From: Paraphysomonas bandaiensis
Lineage: Eukaryota > Protista > Chrysophyceae
Length of the DNA stretch: 64,000 nt
Direction: 5' to 3'
Assembly (NCBI GenBank): GCA_965644295.1
Contig: CBFFRP010000370.1
Coordinates: 1 to 64,000 of the forward strand
This document shows, in pieces, positions 40,347-53,100 of the stretch (position 1 is its first letter; each line of letters begins with the position of its first letter). Both the position numbers and the translations under genes were made by a program. The notes beneath the pieces were generated by a model, which made no database searches, was not told the DNA's origin, and saw only the letters and a program-made list of their open reading frames with translations.

Positions 40347-42628
40347 ATATTTCCTATTTGTATGATTATTTATTATATTCCACTGCGAATTATTGTTAGT
40401 AGCTAAAGGAGTGTGGAGTTGTAGAATTTAAACAATGATGGTGTTAAGTAAGCCCACTTGACTGATTATAGATTGTCTACCGTTAATTATATTAAGGTAT
40501 CAGTGACTTTTTGCAATATAGAGCGTTTATCGATCCTGAATGTGTTCTAAATCATACCAGTCTAATTTATTCTAGACCCGAAGATTCTGATGAAGATTTA
40601 TGTTATGCTTCATGCTTCAAGTTCCGAAGCTAGTAAGGGACCTAAGGGATAAAGAATAAATGTTAGATATTTCTTGATAATAAGTTCATGCTTTTCTATT
40701 TCTTCTAAAAGCATATTGAAAAAAGCGACCTAAATTCAATTCTGCAGTAGTAATATAGTCACTAATGAATCGTCTAAGTCGCCTTCAGTCTTATCATGTA
40801 CTGCATACTATGTAGTGCACTAACCATTTCCACTTGTTGTGACCAGCAATATATACATACATACACAACGCTTTTGTCAATCATGGAGCATTAGACACGA
40901 ATATGCAACCAGATTTTACAACACGAACTGCTTCATTACAAGCTTTCATACAGCTTGCAAAAATTCCTACAGTACTCCTCACTCCTCACTCCTCACATCC
41001 GGCTCTACTGATTGACGCCCTTGCAGTGAAGTTGCAGTGAAGCCTCAAAGTAGTAGTATACAACTAGACTCTCACATATATGAGTACTGTGCATTTTATA
41101 CAACTAGTCTAATATTTTATACAACTAGTCTAATTTATAAAGTCTAATTTGTGCTCTTTCAGTGGATTTTTCAACGATTTCAAGAAAATATGGAAACCGA
41201 ATCGAAATGACATCAATGCAAGAAGGTCAGGGGGCAGCTATATAGGCACCAGTTCAGCCTAAAGACATTGACGGATCTGATGTTGACCTCAATAATAGCT
41301 TTAACTAGTGCTAAATTGTGTTCATTCTGGAAGGCAAGGCAATGAGGAATCTGTTTCTGTGCTCTCGTCCAATTCTGTGTCCGACAGGGAATACGCAGAG
41401 ACTGCAAGGAGTGTAAAGTGTAAAGAGTAAAGAGTAAAGACAACGCACACAAGCACAAGCTAGCACGTATTTGTTGCCGACTTCTCATTAATTAATGGTG
41501 AGTGAATCTAGTAATATAACTGCTGTAATTCATAACTTTCGTTTCTGCATGCCTATTCTCTTGAATTTATAGATGTATCTAGCTTGCTTAACTATATACT
41601 ATCAGCTATCAGCTATATGCGTACCATGCCTTACCTAATTAATTTTATGAGAGTAATATACAATAGTTATCGCGAATAGTTAGTGGCGTATAGAATAGTT
41701 TCTATACTACGACAAGAGAAGAGTTGATATAAATTAGCGGTATGAAGACAACACGGTGTCTGCGCATTATCTCTGCGCACTAGGAGGGTATATACTGAGC
41801 GTGTAAGAACCGTAGAATTTTACAAATATCAAAGAATTAATTTAATGTATATTGATGATATTCAGACAAAACAAGATTAGACTAAGATACTTTTCAATGA
41901 TGATAATATGTTTAAAGGAATACACAAGAATCAGCTAGCTCTCTCACGGCTGTCTTTTTGCACTGCTGTAATATGGGGGGGGGGCAGTCATGGCCACATA
42001 TGTATGGCCGGCCTTATGTATGTAATTCGTATAGATCAAAGCCTTACTGAAATAATCTATAATATACGCTGTATTTCTACTCAGTTATAAGAGGGTCTGT
42101 CTTAATACAGCAGCCTGTTAATGTGTACTGTCTACAACAAGCTTGATGATATAAGGGTTTTAACCGACTTATATTTTTATATTACGTGTAGTAAATTCTC
42201 CTAACTCCTAACAAACCTTCATACTTCATATATATGTATATATACACGTGCCTATGTATGTATGGATATAGAATCCGGGATTCTCCAGCCTTGTGGATCA
42301 TTATAATGCCCTATATCTATCATCAATCATTGTCCTCATCATTATTCTTCATTGCTAGTCTTCATAACCCGATAGCTGGTTACTGGTTATTACAAGTGTA
42401 TGTACGCACGAAAATTAAATACAAAGACATAACGTCAATATAAAAAAACTTATCTTGACATTGACAGTTCATATTACGTACTGTATAAGCACAAATATAC
42501 TCTTAGTCATATCAAATTCTAACACACACTTTAGCGATGTAAACGACAGGCCACAATTCATGCAGATTCATCTAGAGATATCACAGCAATACAAAGCGTT
42601 GACAAATGATAACTATCCACCTCTACCT

Positions 42629-43180
42629 TTAACAACAGTCTGGGTCTGCAGGAACAATTAAAAATATTCCTTTCACTGGTTTGTATTCCGGATTATTTCT
42701 TCCAAACACAAAATGATGCAATCTTTCCACTTGTGGTCCCACTTCACTGGCAACCCCTCTATCACCATACCTCCATATCTTTTTATGTGTTGTCACAATT
42801 ACAGGATCGTATATCGATTCTTTATGTCCGTCAGACCCTTGACTACCACCAGTTGGTTGCATTCCTATATTAGCAATCTCCATATATTCAATGAACGTAG
42901 ATGAGATAAATGGCGGAAAACAGAGATATCCCGACCAGTTATATATACTGACAGTCTGTGTGTGATCATTGAATGTGATGTTTGAACTAGATGTACAGCA
43001 ACAGCCTATAAAAAAGCATGGAGGGAACATTAAGCATGTGTCACATAGAGAGGGACGTCCCTTAATAAGTAAACAACCATCTTGATTAGTTTCATAAGGA
43101 ATGAATGATGGCGGATGAGTGGTGGATGGAGGGAAGAGTTCTGTTATAGGGGTGGGGGTGAGAGGTTCTCTTATGGCCAT
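42629..43180 (-). CDS. Hypothetical Cys-rich protein (~183 aa)
   Basis: Non-repetitive 3' part of ORF 42629-43606, starting MAIREPL. Protein-like composition with a CLMFPPCFFIGCCC hydrophobic segment. Confidence 0.6.
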   Translation of the reverse strand: MAIREPLTPTPITELFPPSTTHPPSFIPYETNQDGCLLIKGRPSLCDTCLMFPPCFFIGCCCTSSSNITFNDHTQTVSIYNWSGYLCFPPFISSTFIEYMEIANIGMQPTGGSQGSDGHKESIYDPVIVTTHKKIWRYGDRGVASEVGPQVERLHHFVFGRNNPEYKPVKGIFLIVPADPDCC

Positions 43181-43227
43181 TATGAGCAATTGGAATAAAA
43201 CATCTGAGTAACAAGATACCCCCAGAG

Positions 43228-43232
<5 letters not shown>

Positions 43233-43262
<30 letters not shown>

Positions 43263-43420
43263 TGTATGTATGTATGTATGTATGTATGTATGTATGTATG
43301 TATGTATGTATGTATGTATGTATGTATGTATGTATGTATGTATGTATGTATGTATGTATGTATGTATGTATGTATGTATGTATGTATGTATGTATGTATG
43401 TATGTATGTATGTATGTATG

Positions 43421-43451
<31 letters not shown>

Positions 43452-43556
43452 GTATGTATGTATGTATGTATGCATGTATGTATGTATGTATGTATGTATG
43501 TATGTATGTATGTATGTATGTATGTATGTATGTATGTATGTATGTATGTATGTATG
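43233..43556. repeat. (TATG)n microsatellite, left part of a tract split by transposons
   Basis: The tract resumes at 44581-44597, 49091-49126 and 57794-58223. Confidence 0.99.
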
Positions 43557-44580
43557 ACACACAGAGAGGCAGAGGGACCGGGGGGCGCTCTAAGCCGCTT
43601 AGGCATTCTTCCTGAGCCAGAAGGGCTCTCGTATCGTAATAAAACTTCGTTTTATTACTCTTTCCTTTTCACTCTATTACTCTTCCTTTCCACTCTATCT
43701 TTAAATATAATTATTATAGCTTATATAATTATATTAATAATACTATACTTTAAATAAAAATTAATTACTTTATATAATATTAAATAATTTTCTTATAATA
43801 TAATTAAAATTAATTACTTTATATAATATTAAATAATTATCTTATAATAAAATTAAAATATGATTTTGGCTTTTTGGCTTTCTGGCTTTTTGGCTTTTAT
43901 GAAAATTAGAAAAAGTTATAAAATAAAATTTATTATATAGTTTATGTTATAAAAAGCCAGTGCCATAATGCCAGTTGTGGTGGTGATGATGATGGTGGTG
44001 TTGTAACAGTGATGGTGATGATGATGGTGTTGTAACGGTGAATGGCACTGGATTTTTATAACATAACCATCACTGTTACAACACCACCATCATCATCACC
44101 GTTACAACACCATCATCATCACCATCACTGTTACAACACCACCATCATCATCACCACCACAACTGGCATTATGGCACTGGCTTTTTATAACATAAACTAT
44201 ATAATAAATTTTATTTTATAACTTTTTCTAATTTTCATAAAAGCCAAAAAGCCAGAAAGCCAAAAAGCCAAAATCATATTTTAATTATATTATAAGAAAA
44301 TTATTTAATATTATATAAAGTAATTAATTTTAATTATATTATAAGAAAATTATTTAATATTATATAAAGTAATTAATTTTTATTTAAAGTATAGTATTAT
44401 TAATATAATTATATAAGCTATAATAATTATATTTAAAGATAGAGTGGAAAGGAAGAGTAATAGAGTGAAAAGGAAAGAGTAATAAAACGAAGTTTTATTA
44501 CGATACGAGAGCCCTTCTGGCTCAGGAAGAATGCCTAAGCGGCTTAGAGCGCCCCCCGGTCCCTCTGCCTCTCTGTGTGT
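43557..44580. mobile_element. Non-autonomous foldback element (1024 bp, ~485-bp inverted arms)
   Basis: Termini ACACACAGAGAGGCAGAGGGACCGGGGGGCGC... and its exact reverse complement. The arms stay complementary through AT-rich and GATGATGGT sub-repeats. Both sides are flanked by GTATG. Confidence 0.88.
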
Positions 44581-44846
44581 GTATGTATGTATGTATGTGT
44601 TACGACCCGTGAGAAAAATGTGCCAGTCGATGAACTGGCAGTGCCAGTTCATCGACTGGCAGTTTTTGTCTATCACTCAAAAACCCACCAATGAAGTGAA
44701 CCCGTCAGTGAAGTGGCTTATCCAGCCGTGTTTTTTTTCGTTCCACCCACATAACCAGTGGATGAAATAGTTGATGATTATCGCTCAATGCAACAGCCTG
44801 ATAGTAATATAAGTGTAACATATATCATTGTATCAATCAAGAAGGA

Positions 44847-46622
44847 ATGACATCGGTGGTTGAAACTGTCTCGTCAGAGAGCACTGTACGACCAGAAGTT
44901 GCATCGTCAGTAGACGACAACACTAGATCTATCACTGATTCCATTGAAATTGAAGAACACAAACGACTGTTCTATCTGAATGCACGAAACGCTTTCGCAA
45001 ATTCAATTAAAATTTTCTCGCAGTCGAAATACCTTGAGATCGTCGAGTCGATGAAATCATTTGACTCCAAGCCTCATAGGAACCGCTCTTGTCTAGACTA
45101 CCGATGGCAGAGGTCATATATTCTGCTGCTGGTTCCTGATGATAAAGGTGAAAAAGCAATTTTGGTCCGAAGGAAAGATCACAGCGACGAAACTCAAGTG
45201 AAGGGAATGAGACGACTTGCTTATATTGAAGAGGTATTTGACATTATTCGGTATTGCCGTGTTGAAGAGGGAGGTCATACTGGACCTAGGGGAACCCACG
45301 AGGCTGTCGGCAGAAAGTATTCAAATATTTCTAGAGTTTTGTGTGAAATATTCTGCAAGTTGTGTACATGCGTTACTCAGAAGAAAATGTGTGCGAAACC
45401 GCAGGATCTGAAGCCTATAATTACTTCTTCGTACAATCAACGTGCCCAAGTTGACCTAATTGACATGCAAAGTCTTACATACGAAGGATACAAATGGATA
45501 TTGAATTACCAAGATCATCTCACAAAGTTTTGTTTACTGAGGCCTCTTAAATCAAAAGAAGCAGTACTTGTAGCAGATACTCTATACGATATCTTTATGA
45601 CTTTCGGTGCACCTATGATACTCCAGTCAGATAATGGTCGAGAGTTTGTCAATAAAGTTATAAAGGAACTGAAAGAAATCTGGCCTGCATTAGTTCTTGT
45701 TAATGGAAGGCCTCGGCATCCACAATCACAGGGTAGTGTGGAGCGCTCCAACCAGGATGTGAAAAAGCTAGTTCACAATTGGATGAGAGATAACAATTCC
45801 CAAGACTGGCCTCGTAGAGGACTATCTAAAGTACAGTTCCAAAAAAACAACAGATATCACTCCGGAATAAAATCTACTCCTTACATGCTGCTGTTTGGAC
45901 AACATCCTAGAAGAGGTCTTAGTGACCTACCATTCTCAGAAACGTTTCTAGCCAAAATCCAAACAGAAGAGGATCTAGAAGAGCTTGTAGCTAAGACACC
46001 TATGAATAATGTTATCGAGGGCCATGAACCAGAGGAATGTACAGTTGAGGCTTCAGCAAATGAGTCTGTTGCAGTATTGGTAAATGAGCACGGTGATACC
46101 CCATCAAGAGGGGCGAAACGTAAAGCAGCGAGTGCCGCACTAGCTGAACAAGGCGAAAGGATGAAAAGATTTTCCACATCTGGCACTCCAACCGATGAGG
46201 CGGAACTCCTACAGGTGGGTAGTGTTGTTTTAGTCAAACCACATCAGGTGGACCGAGGACAAGTTGATGCAATCAGGTTTCCAGCTGTTGTTGTTGAGGT
46301 TACCTCCAATGAATTACTTCGTCTGTACGCTCCCGGTGGGGTTCTAAACTCGTGTTATAACCGATCTGATCTGATTCACGAGCCGAATAAGACCCCTGCT
46401 TCATACCAACGTCATCTTGGAAACTATGAGAACTGGAGAAATTCGAAGACTATATCAGAGAGAGAAGCTGCAACTATGTTTTCTCCATCCCTCGGACAGG
46501 GGTTTAGTAAATGTAGTTGCAAGGGTAAGTGCAATAGTAATAAATGTGTGTGCAAGAAGAATGGATTTCTCTGTAACTCTAGGTGCCACAAAAGCAATTT
46601 GCTTGCGTGTTGTAACAAGTAG
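44847..46622 (+). CDS. DDE integrase-like transposase (591 aa) with H2C2-like region and C-terminal Cys-rich motif
   Basis: QVDLID, LQSDNGREF, PQSQGSVERSN; C-terminal CSCKGKCNSNKCVCKKNGFLCNSRCH. Confidence 0.93.
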   Translation: MTSVVETVSSESTVRPEVASSVDDNTRSITDSIEIEEHKRLFYLNARNAFANSIKIFSQSKYLEIVESMKSFDSKPHRNRSCLDYRWQRSYILLLVPDDKGEKAILVRRKDHSDETQVKGMRRLAYIEEVFDIIRYCRVEEGGHTGPRGTHEAVGRKYSNISRVLCEIFCKLCTCVTQKKMCAKPQDLKPIITSSYNQRAQVDLIDMQSLTYEGYKWILNYQDHLTKFCLLRPLKSKEAVLVADTLYDIFMTFGAPMILQSDNGREFVNKVIKELKEIWPALVLVNGRPRHPQSQGSVERSNQDVKKLVHNWMRDNNSQDWPRRGLSKVQFQKNNRYHSGIKSTPYMLLFGQHPRRGLSDLPFSETFLAKIQTEEDLEELVAKTPMNNVIEGHEPEECTVEASANESVAVLVNEHGDTPSRGAKRKAASAALAEQGERMKRFSTSGTPTDEAELLQVGSVVLVKPHQVDRGQVDAIRFPAVVVEVTSNELLRLYAPGGVLNSCYNRSDLIHEPNKTPASYQRHLGNYENWRNSKTISEREAATMFSPSLGQGFSKCSCKGKCNSNKCVCKKNGFLCNSRCHKSNLLACCNK

Positions 46623-47534
46623 TTGGTGCCATAGTAAACTACAAACTACTAATTAACCGAGTAGAATACAACCTTAACAAGTAACATGCATCTTATTTGC
46701 TACTGGTAGCATGAATCTTATTAGCAAGTAGTGATAAGCATCATCAGTACTTTAGCTCTAAGTACTTTAGTCGCTATTTACCTTAACATTGTGCCCACTG
46801 TCTGCAGATGATGATGATGATGTATGTCCTGCAGATGATATAAGTAATGAATAGAGTGTAAAAGGCCTATCACATAATAGTCATATTATTGAGTAGATCT
46901 TGATTCATAGAGCCGATATTCATAATAATACTATCCTTTCAAACATGGAATATGTAAAACCACAAGCATATACAATACAGAGCTCATAGTATAAAATAAC
47001 CCGATAGCTGGTTGCTACAAGTAACATGAATATTATTTGCTACTAGTGATATTACAGACCCCAACCACCAATGGGACCTACATCAATACATCCTCAGGCG
47101 AGACAGCACGTACGCTACACAAACGCAGCGAGACCCGCAGTATTGGACCCGCAGTGGAACGAGGCTCCCACGCAAACTCCATCGAATCCACACCCATAAC
47201 TCCCCTAACACTACATCTCTTTCCCAGACCGCATACGCGAAACGGTATGCGTCTGGAACAAATCCTATGTAATGGGAAGAAATCGATCCAAAGGCAAAAC
47301 CAGGAAAGACCAGACAAGAGCTGCCGCATGAACAGACTGTAGAATCACCAATCAGAGAATATGGCAAACCAAGTTAGTAAGACTATAGATATATACATAG
47401 ATTCTAGTCACAACCGTTCCCATGTAAAAATAAGATATTCTTATGTCTTATCCATGCTCTCATGAAGAAGGAAGTAGCACTGAAGAGGGATACAGATATC
47501 TATCTTGATACTGAAGGCTGGTATGTTGGAATAG

Positions 47535-48878
47535 TGTAAACCTGTGCAGGTTTAAAGCAGGTTTATCAGCACTATCCCCTATTCTATATGCTGGGCTGTG
47601 ATATATAATTCTTTTGAAGAGTTATTATTATTACAGTTTGGATGTATACATATATATATGCGTACATACTAACCTAGTTTCTCTCTTTCACCCACACATA
47701 TATGTATAGGTTGTGACCCTTCTACAGAATATATATATATGTTGTATCCTTACCCTAATATATGGTATATATGTGTACATGGCTCTATATTCAACCAGTG
47801 GCCTGTAAATGCACATATGTAGCTTCTACAATCACCTATAGTACGTAAACAGTGTATACGTGCTTTTCCTGCAGTCAGTGGATGCGTCTACGGCTTCTTT
47901 ACCGTTATTATGTGCCTCTGTGTGGTGCATATATCCAGTTCCAATTAATGGTGACTAAGGGTTTCCATAGACCGCCTCTGTCTGGAAGAAGGACCTGTAT
48001 ATCACCTGTCATGACTGTACGTACTGATTACATGATTTTACGGTACCTTCCATTTGATCATCACGCTGTGTGGACCCTCGTACTGATGCTGAACAGTCAA
48101 TATACTATATCGCTTCGTACTCTATATCGGCAATTGAAGAAGCAGTGGTCTTTAGCGAGTACAATGGTAATGCATCTCTGGACATATTGTTCAATTTTCA
48201 CGATAATCTGCTCGCTTATAAGTATGTTCGGTATGTGTGCTGCAATCACATTAAGGTGGCAGTTAGGAGCGACCTGCATCTCCTCTCAGCAACCGCACTG
48301 TATACCGTATATACTGTATATGATGTATTTGCAGTATTCCTCTATCGTATGTATGCGTCTATATCACTCGTAGGTATACAGTATCAGTATACTGTACCCT
48401 ACACTGTATAAATACAGGAAGCGAATACTGAACCAATGCTTTCCCTATTCTCAATGCTGATTGGTCGAGTGTCCATTATCGTTTAGATGAGCAGCAGTTG
48501 AGAGTGTATACGGCAGAGTCCATACATTAATGTGTAGAGTATGAAGAAGAAGAATTCTCCAAGAATATTCATAAATATCGTCACTCCTTCGCAGAAAATT
48601 TGGATTTAGTCACTGTGTGGCTGTCAACGCCCAAGCGCATCGTCATTCTTTTTAGTTAAGCTTGTTCTCTCTTTGTTGGTTGTTGTAGCTCGTCACTTTT
48701 CTGTTTAGTACTGAACTGCATAGCTGGTGAGTTGTGCTTTAGTTTCTTGGGGTGCCGAGAAGCATTTAGTACTGCAGAAGTAGTATAGGTTAATAATAAG
48801 CAACATTCTCTCTCTTAAAGCGAGTTTTAGCTTATTTAGAGTTTGGCTCTCAGGTCCCAACCCCTGAGTTCCATTGCA
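47535..48878. mobile_element. 1344-bp solo-LTR-like insertion in Ginger copy 1
   Basis: Absent from copy 2 (empty site GGAATAGCATC). Termini TGTAA...TTGCA, 4-bp TSD ATAG (47531-47534 and 48879-48882), no convincing ORF. Confidence 0.8.
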
Positions 48879-49089
48879 ATAGCATCTTGTGGGCTAATAA
48901 TCAGGAGCTCTTATGATTATAGTTATGAGATGCTGTCTGATGATATCATACGCTGGGAATCCGAGTGGACTTGCTGTATACTTGACTGTATTTCCCGTAT
49001 ATCGTTTCCTTTCAACATCATCAAACCAGTCGATGAACTGGCACCTGCCAGTTCATCGACTGGTTTATTTTTCTCACGGGTCGTAACAC

Positions 49090-49120
<31 letters not shown>

Positions 49121-50117
49121 TGTATGTGTTACGACCCGTGAGAAAAATGTGCCAGTCGATGAACTGGCAGTTTTTGTCTATCACTCAAAAACCCACCAAT
49201 GAAGTGAACCCGTCAGTGAAGTGGCTTATCCAGCCGTGTTTTTTTTCGTTCCACCCACATAACCAGTGGATGAAATAGTTGATGATTATCGCTCAATGCA
49301 ACAGCCTGATAGTAATATAAGTGTAACATATATCATTGTATCAATCAAGAAGGAATGACATCGGTGGTTGAAACTGTCTCGTCAGAGAGCACTGTACGAC
49401 CAGAAGTTGCATCGTCAGTAGACGACAACACTAGATCTATCACTGATTCCATTGAAATTGAAGAACACAAACGACTGTTCTATCTGAATGCACGAAACGC
49501 TTTCGCAAATTCAATTAAAATTTTCTCGCAGTCGAAATACCTTGAGATCGTCGAGTCGATGAAATCATTTGACTCCAAGCCTCATAGGAACCGCTCTTGT
49601 CTAGACTACCGATGGCAGAGGTCATATTGTAGGACTATCCACTTACATATAGAATATAATATATACGTGTACATGTCCTGTATTATATGATTAGTAGTAC
49701 AGTACTGTATTGTATACGTGTACCATGTAGTTAGGAATACAAACTGTAGGGAATGTGATTGTTGTTGGGATTAGCAATAGCCGTTGATATTGTAGACAGT
49801 ATAATTAGCCGTTGATATTGTAGACAGTATTATTCATGATTCATTATACGATAATAATCATTATTTTGTACTTCTGTACTTGGGTATTGCTTTGCACACA
49901 TACACATATGTATGCAAGCCCACAGTAATATTACTTAATAAGTAGTACTCAATCTCTGTGATATAACAATATTATGGGGGAAAGTAAGAGAAGCAAAATA
50001 AAAGCAGCTCCTCAAATAGAGGAATTGTTAGCTGCTTCGGGTTCTTCGTCTAAAAAGACGAAAAGAGAGAGAGAATCCTCTTGAAAACGAGCAAGAGATG
50101 CAACAACATCATCTCAA

Positions 50118-53100
50118 ATGCAATCTTCTCCTCAAACTGAAACATCAGTAGAGGCGGAAGGAGAATTGAGTGGAGTATCATTTCGTGAGCTCTCTTCTTC
50201 TCAACCAAAGAGAAAGAAGCAAAGGAGTGGAGATCCGCACCCCAACAGGAGTGAGCGCATTGACTTGAATGAAGTCATTGCAACGGAATCCACTCCACAT
50301 GAAGTAATCAATACCGACTCTATTCCCTACTTAGGTAGTGTGCAAGATGAGGATATCATCGAATTTTGTGAAAATCTCTCGAAAAGAGATCCTAAAGGGA
50401 CAAAATTCATAAGGTCAGAAATCATGGCACCAACAGTGCGTGATATGCTTCAGTTTCAGCGACAGCAGGATTTTGGAGATGAGTCTGACGAGGACTGGCT
50501 AGATCCTAACATTGTAACTACTGAGGAATTGATTCAGTGGTTAAAGCAAGCCTTTCTAGAGGAAGAGGAGCGATACTCTGATACATTGGAGCCTCTTCCT
50601 AGGTTCATAGATAATATCATTGGACCAAAAGTTAAGGTGGATATTCATGTTCCTAAAGTATTCTTAAAAGAATATGGACGTCTGAATGAGCTTTATAAGC
50701 TCATTCCGGAGGCAAGTCTCACAGAGGTAGCCTCGGATACCATAGTCAAAACCCTCAAGAAAAACATCAAACTTGTGGGCGGACATTCCTTCAGAAAGGA
50801 TGCCAAAGAGAAATTTATAGCGGATATAGGCCAAGGTCAATCTGCACCAAAAGATTTCGGAGCATTCTGTAGAAAGGTGCGAGAGCTTAACAATGACTAT
50901 AGTCAAGCTGTGAGAAAAGTAAAGAGGATGGAAACTAAATTGGATTCCAAAGAAACGTCTAAGTCTAACAAGTCTAAGACTACAAAAACTTCATCCTCCA
51001 GCTCATCCTCAAGTACTAAAGCAACAACTGATACTAAGGAAGCATGTTGGATATGCGGTAATCTTCATAAAGGTGACTGCACCCGCAAAACCTGTGCATG
51101 GGCTAACCATGAAAAGAAGCCATGGAAAGATTCCACACAGGGCAAAAAGTATGCGGCTATGGGTTGGAGTACCTGCCCTTATGTGGAGAATCCTGATGGT
51201 CCTCCGAGATCGAGAACAAGTAAGTTATCATGCCCTAAGTGTTTATATATAAATGCTATTGACATGAATAATGATATGCTCGATGTCTTTGTATGTCCTA
51301 AAGCTGATGTCAATGTACAACAGGTAAAGGAAAATCTAAGGGCTAAAGCCTTATTGGACACGGGGGCTACTGGGAATAATTTCATTAACCAAGAACTTGC
51401 TGATATGTTAGTTGCTAGGTATAATATTCCATTGCACGAGTGTAACATTAAAATTTGTAGTGCGCTTGATAATGCTTGTTGTAGTAGCAAGCAATATATG
51501 ATAATAACTATAAGATTAACTGATGAGTATAACAATACTCTTGATATTGAGTTGCAATGTTTGATAATAGATAGCACCTTTGATATCATAATTGGTAGAG
51601 AAACTATCAAGAAATATAGATTAGTTGATCATTTTCCATCTCACTTTATGGAAAGAGAGTTAGCAGGGAAAATGCTAGCTACGGCCGCGGGCCATGCTGA
51701 GAAGACTCAGCTTCTCTCGGAACATATTAGTGAGAGAGCCACATGTTATAATAACATGGAAACATTAAGGCGCCAAGCTAAGGAACACCTTAGTTATAAT
51801 AATAATTTACTTACAAGTAATAGCTTGGTTAGTACTATGTATTCACCTCCAATATCATCCATGCGTATAAGTGCATATGAAAAGGAAGATATAGGCGAGA
51901 TTAGAGATAACTATCTGGAGTCAATCCCAGAAGAAATAGTTACAAATACTCAGGAAAAAGTAGAAGGTACTACGTTACCAACTAAAATCTCTGGTCCCGA
52001 ATCTTTACAAAGGAGGGTGAGAGAAATCCATGAAATCTATAAGGATAGATTTAAAACCACAGTGTCGGAGATGCCAATGGATGTTCCACCTTTTGAATTA
52101 GAGGTAGATAGGGATGCCTGGGAACAACCAAAACATTGTGGTCCGCCACGAAAGATGGATCGAGTACGACAGTATGCTTGTAAAAAGCAAATCGATACAT
52201 TTGTGGAGCATGGAATAATACAACCAAGTACGGCTCCTTATTATAGCCAGGTATTATTAGTTCCCAAACCAAATGATAAATGGCGATTCTGTGTAGACTA
52301 TAAAGGTCTAAACAAGCACACACAGAGGGAACGTTGGCCAATACCTAACATCAAAGAAATGTTAGAACGTATTGGGTCTAAGAAACCCAAATACTTCATA
52401 ATTCTGGATTTAGTATCTGGTTATTACCAGGCTAAAATTTCAGAGTACTCGAGGAAGTGGACGGCATTTATAACCTTCTGGGGAGTATTCGAATGGCTCC
52501 GACTACCCATGGGTTTGAGTGGTGCTCCATCATACTTTCAACGAGTATTAACAACAATTGTGCTTGCCGGGTTGATTATGTTCATATGTGAATTATATCT
52601 AGATGACCTGATTATATATGCTTCTACAGAAGATGAACTAATTGAAAATTACGTTAAAGTTCTAGAACGCTTCAGGAAATACAATGTTTACATTAATCCT
52701 GAGAAAGTGAAAATAGGAGAGTCCGAAGTACAATATGTAGGACATACTCTAAATGAGGAAGGGTTACACTTTACTAGAGAACGTCTGGATAGTGTATTAA
52801 ATTTCCCAAAGCCTGAAACTATGAAGGGTCTAAAATCTTTCCTCGGATTGGCAAATTATTTTCGGGATCACGTGCACAACCACTCCTTAGTGGTGAGACC
52901 GTTAAATAAAATGCTTCTCAACTATCATAGACGTAAACGTCTACAATGGACAGAGGATGCCAATGAAGCATTTGAAAAGATCAAATTGATGATCCATGAA
53001 TGTCCAACATTATTTTTCATTGATGACGAGTCACCAATATATTTATTGACCGATGCATCTGATTATGGAATAGGAGCATACCTCTACCAAGTAGTAGATG

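Larger units (their letters stand above)
44598..49088 (+). mobile_element. Ginger-type (KRBA2/SCAND3-like integrase) TIR DNA transposon, copy 1
   Basis: TIR TGTTACGACCCGTGAGAAAAAT at both ends, subterminal CCAGTCGATGAACTGG repeats, an integrase-like transposase ORF and no RT. Confidence 0.9.

Noticed and set aside
47037-47367. Second gene inside the Ginger element
   Set aside because: Short overlapping ORFs with no recognisable motif; conservation only reflects the recent duplication.
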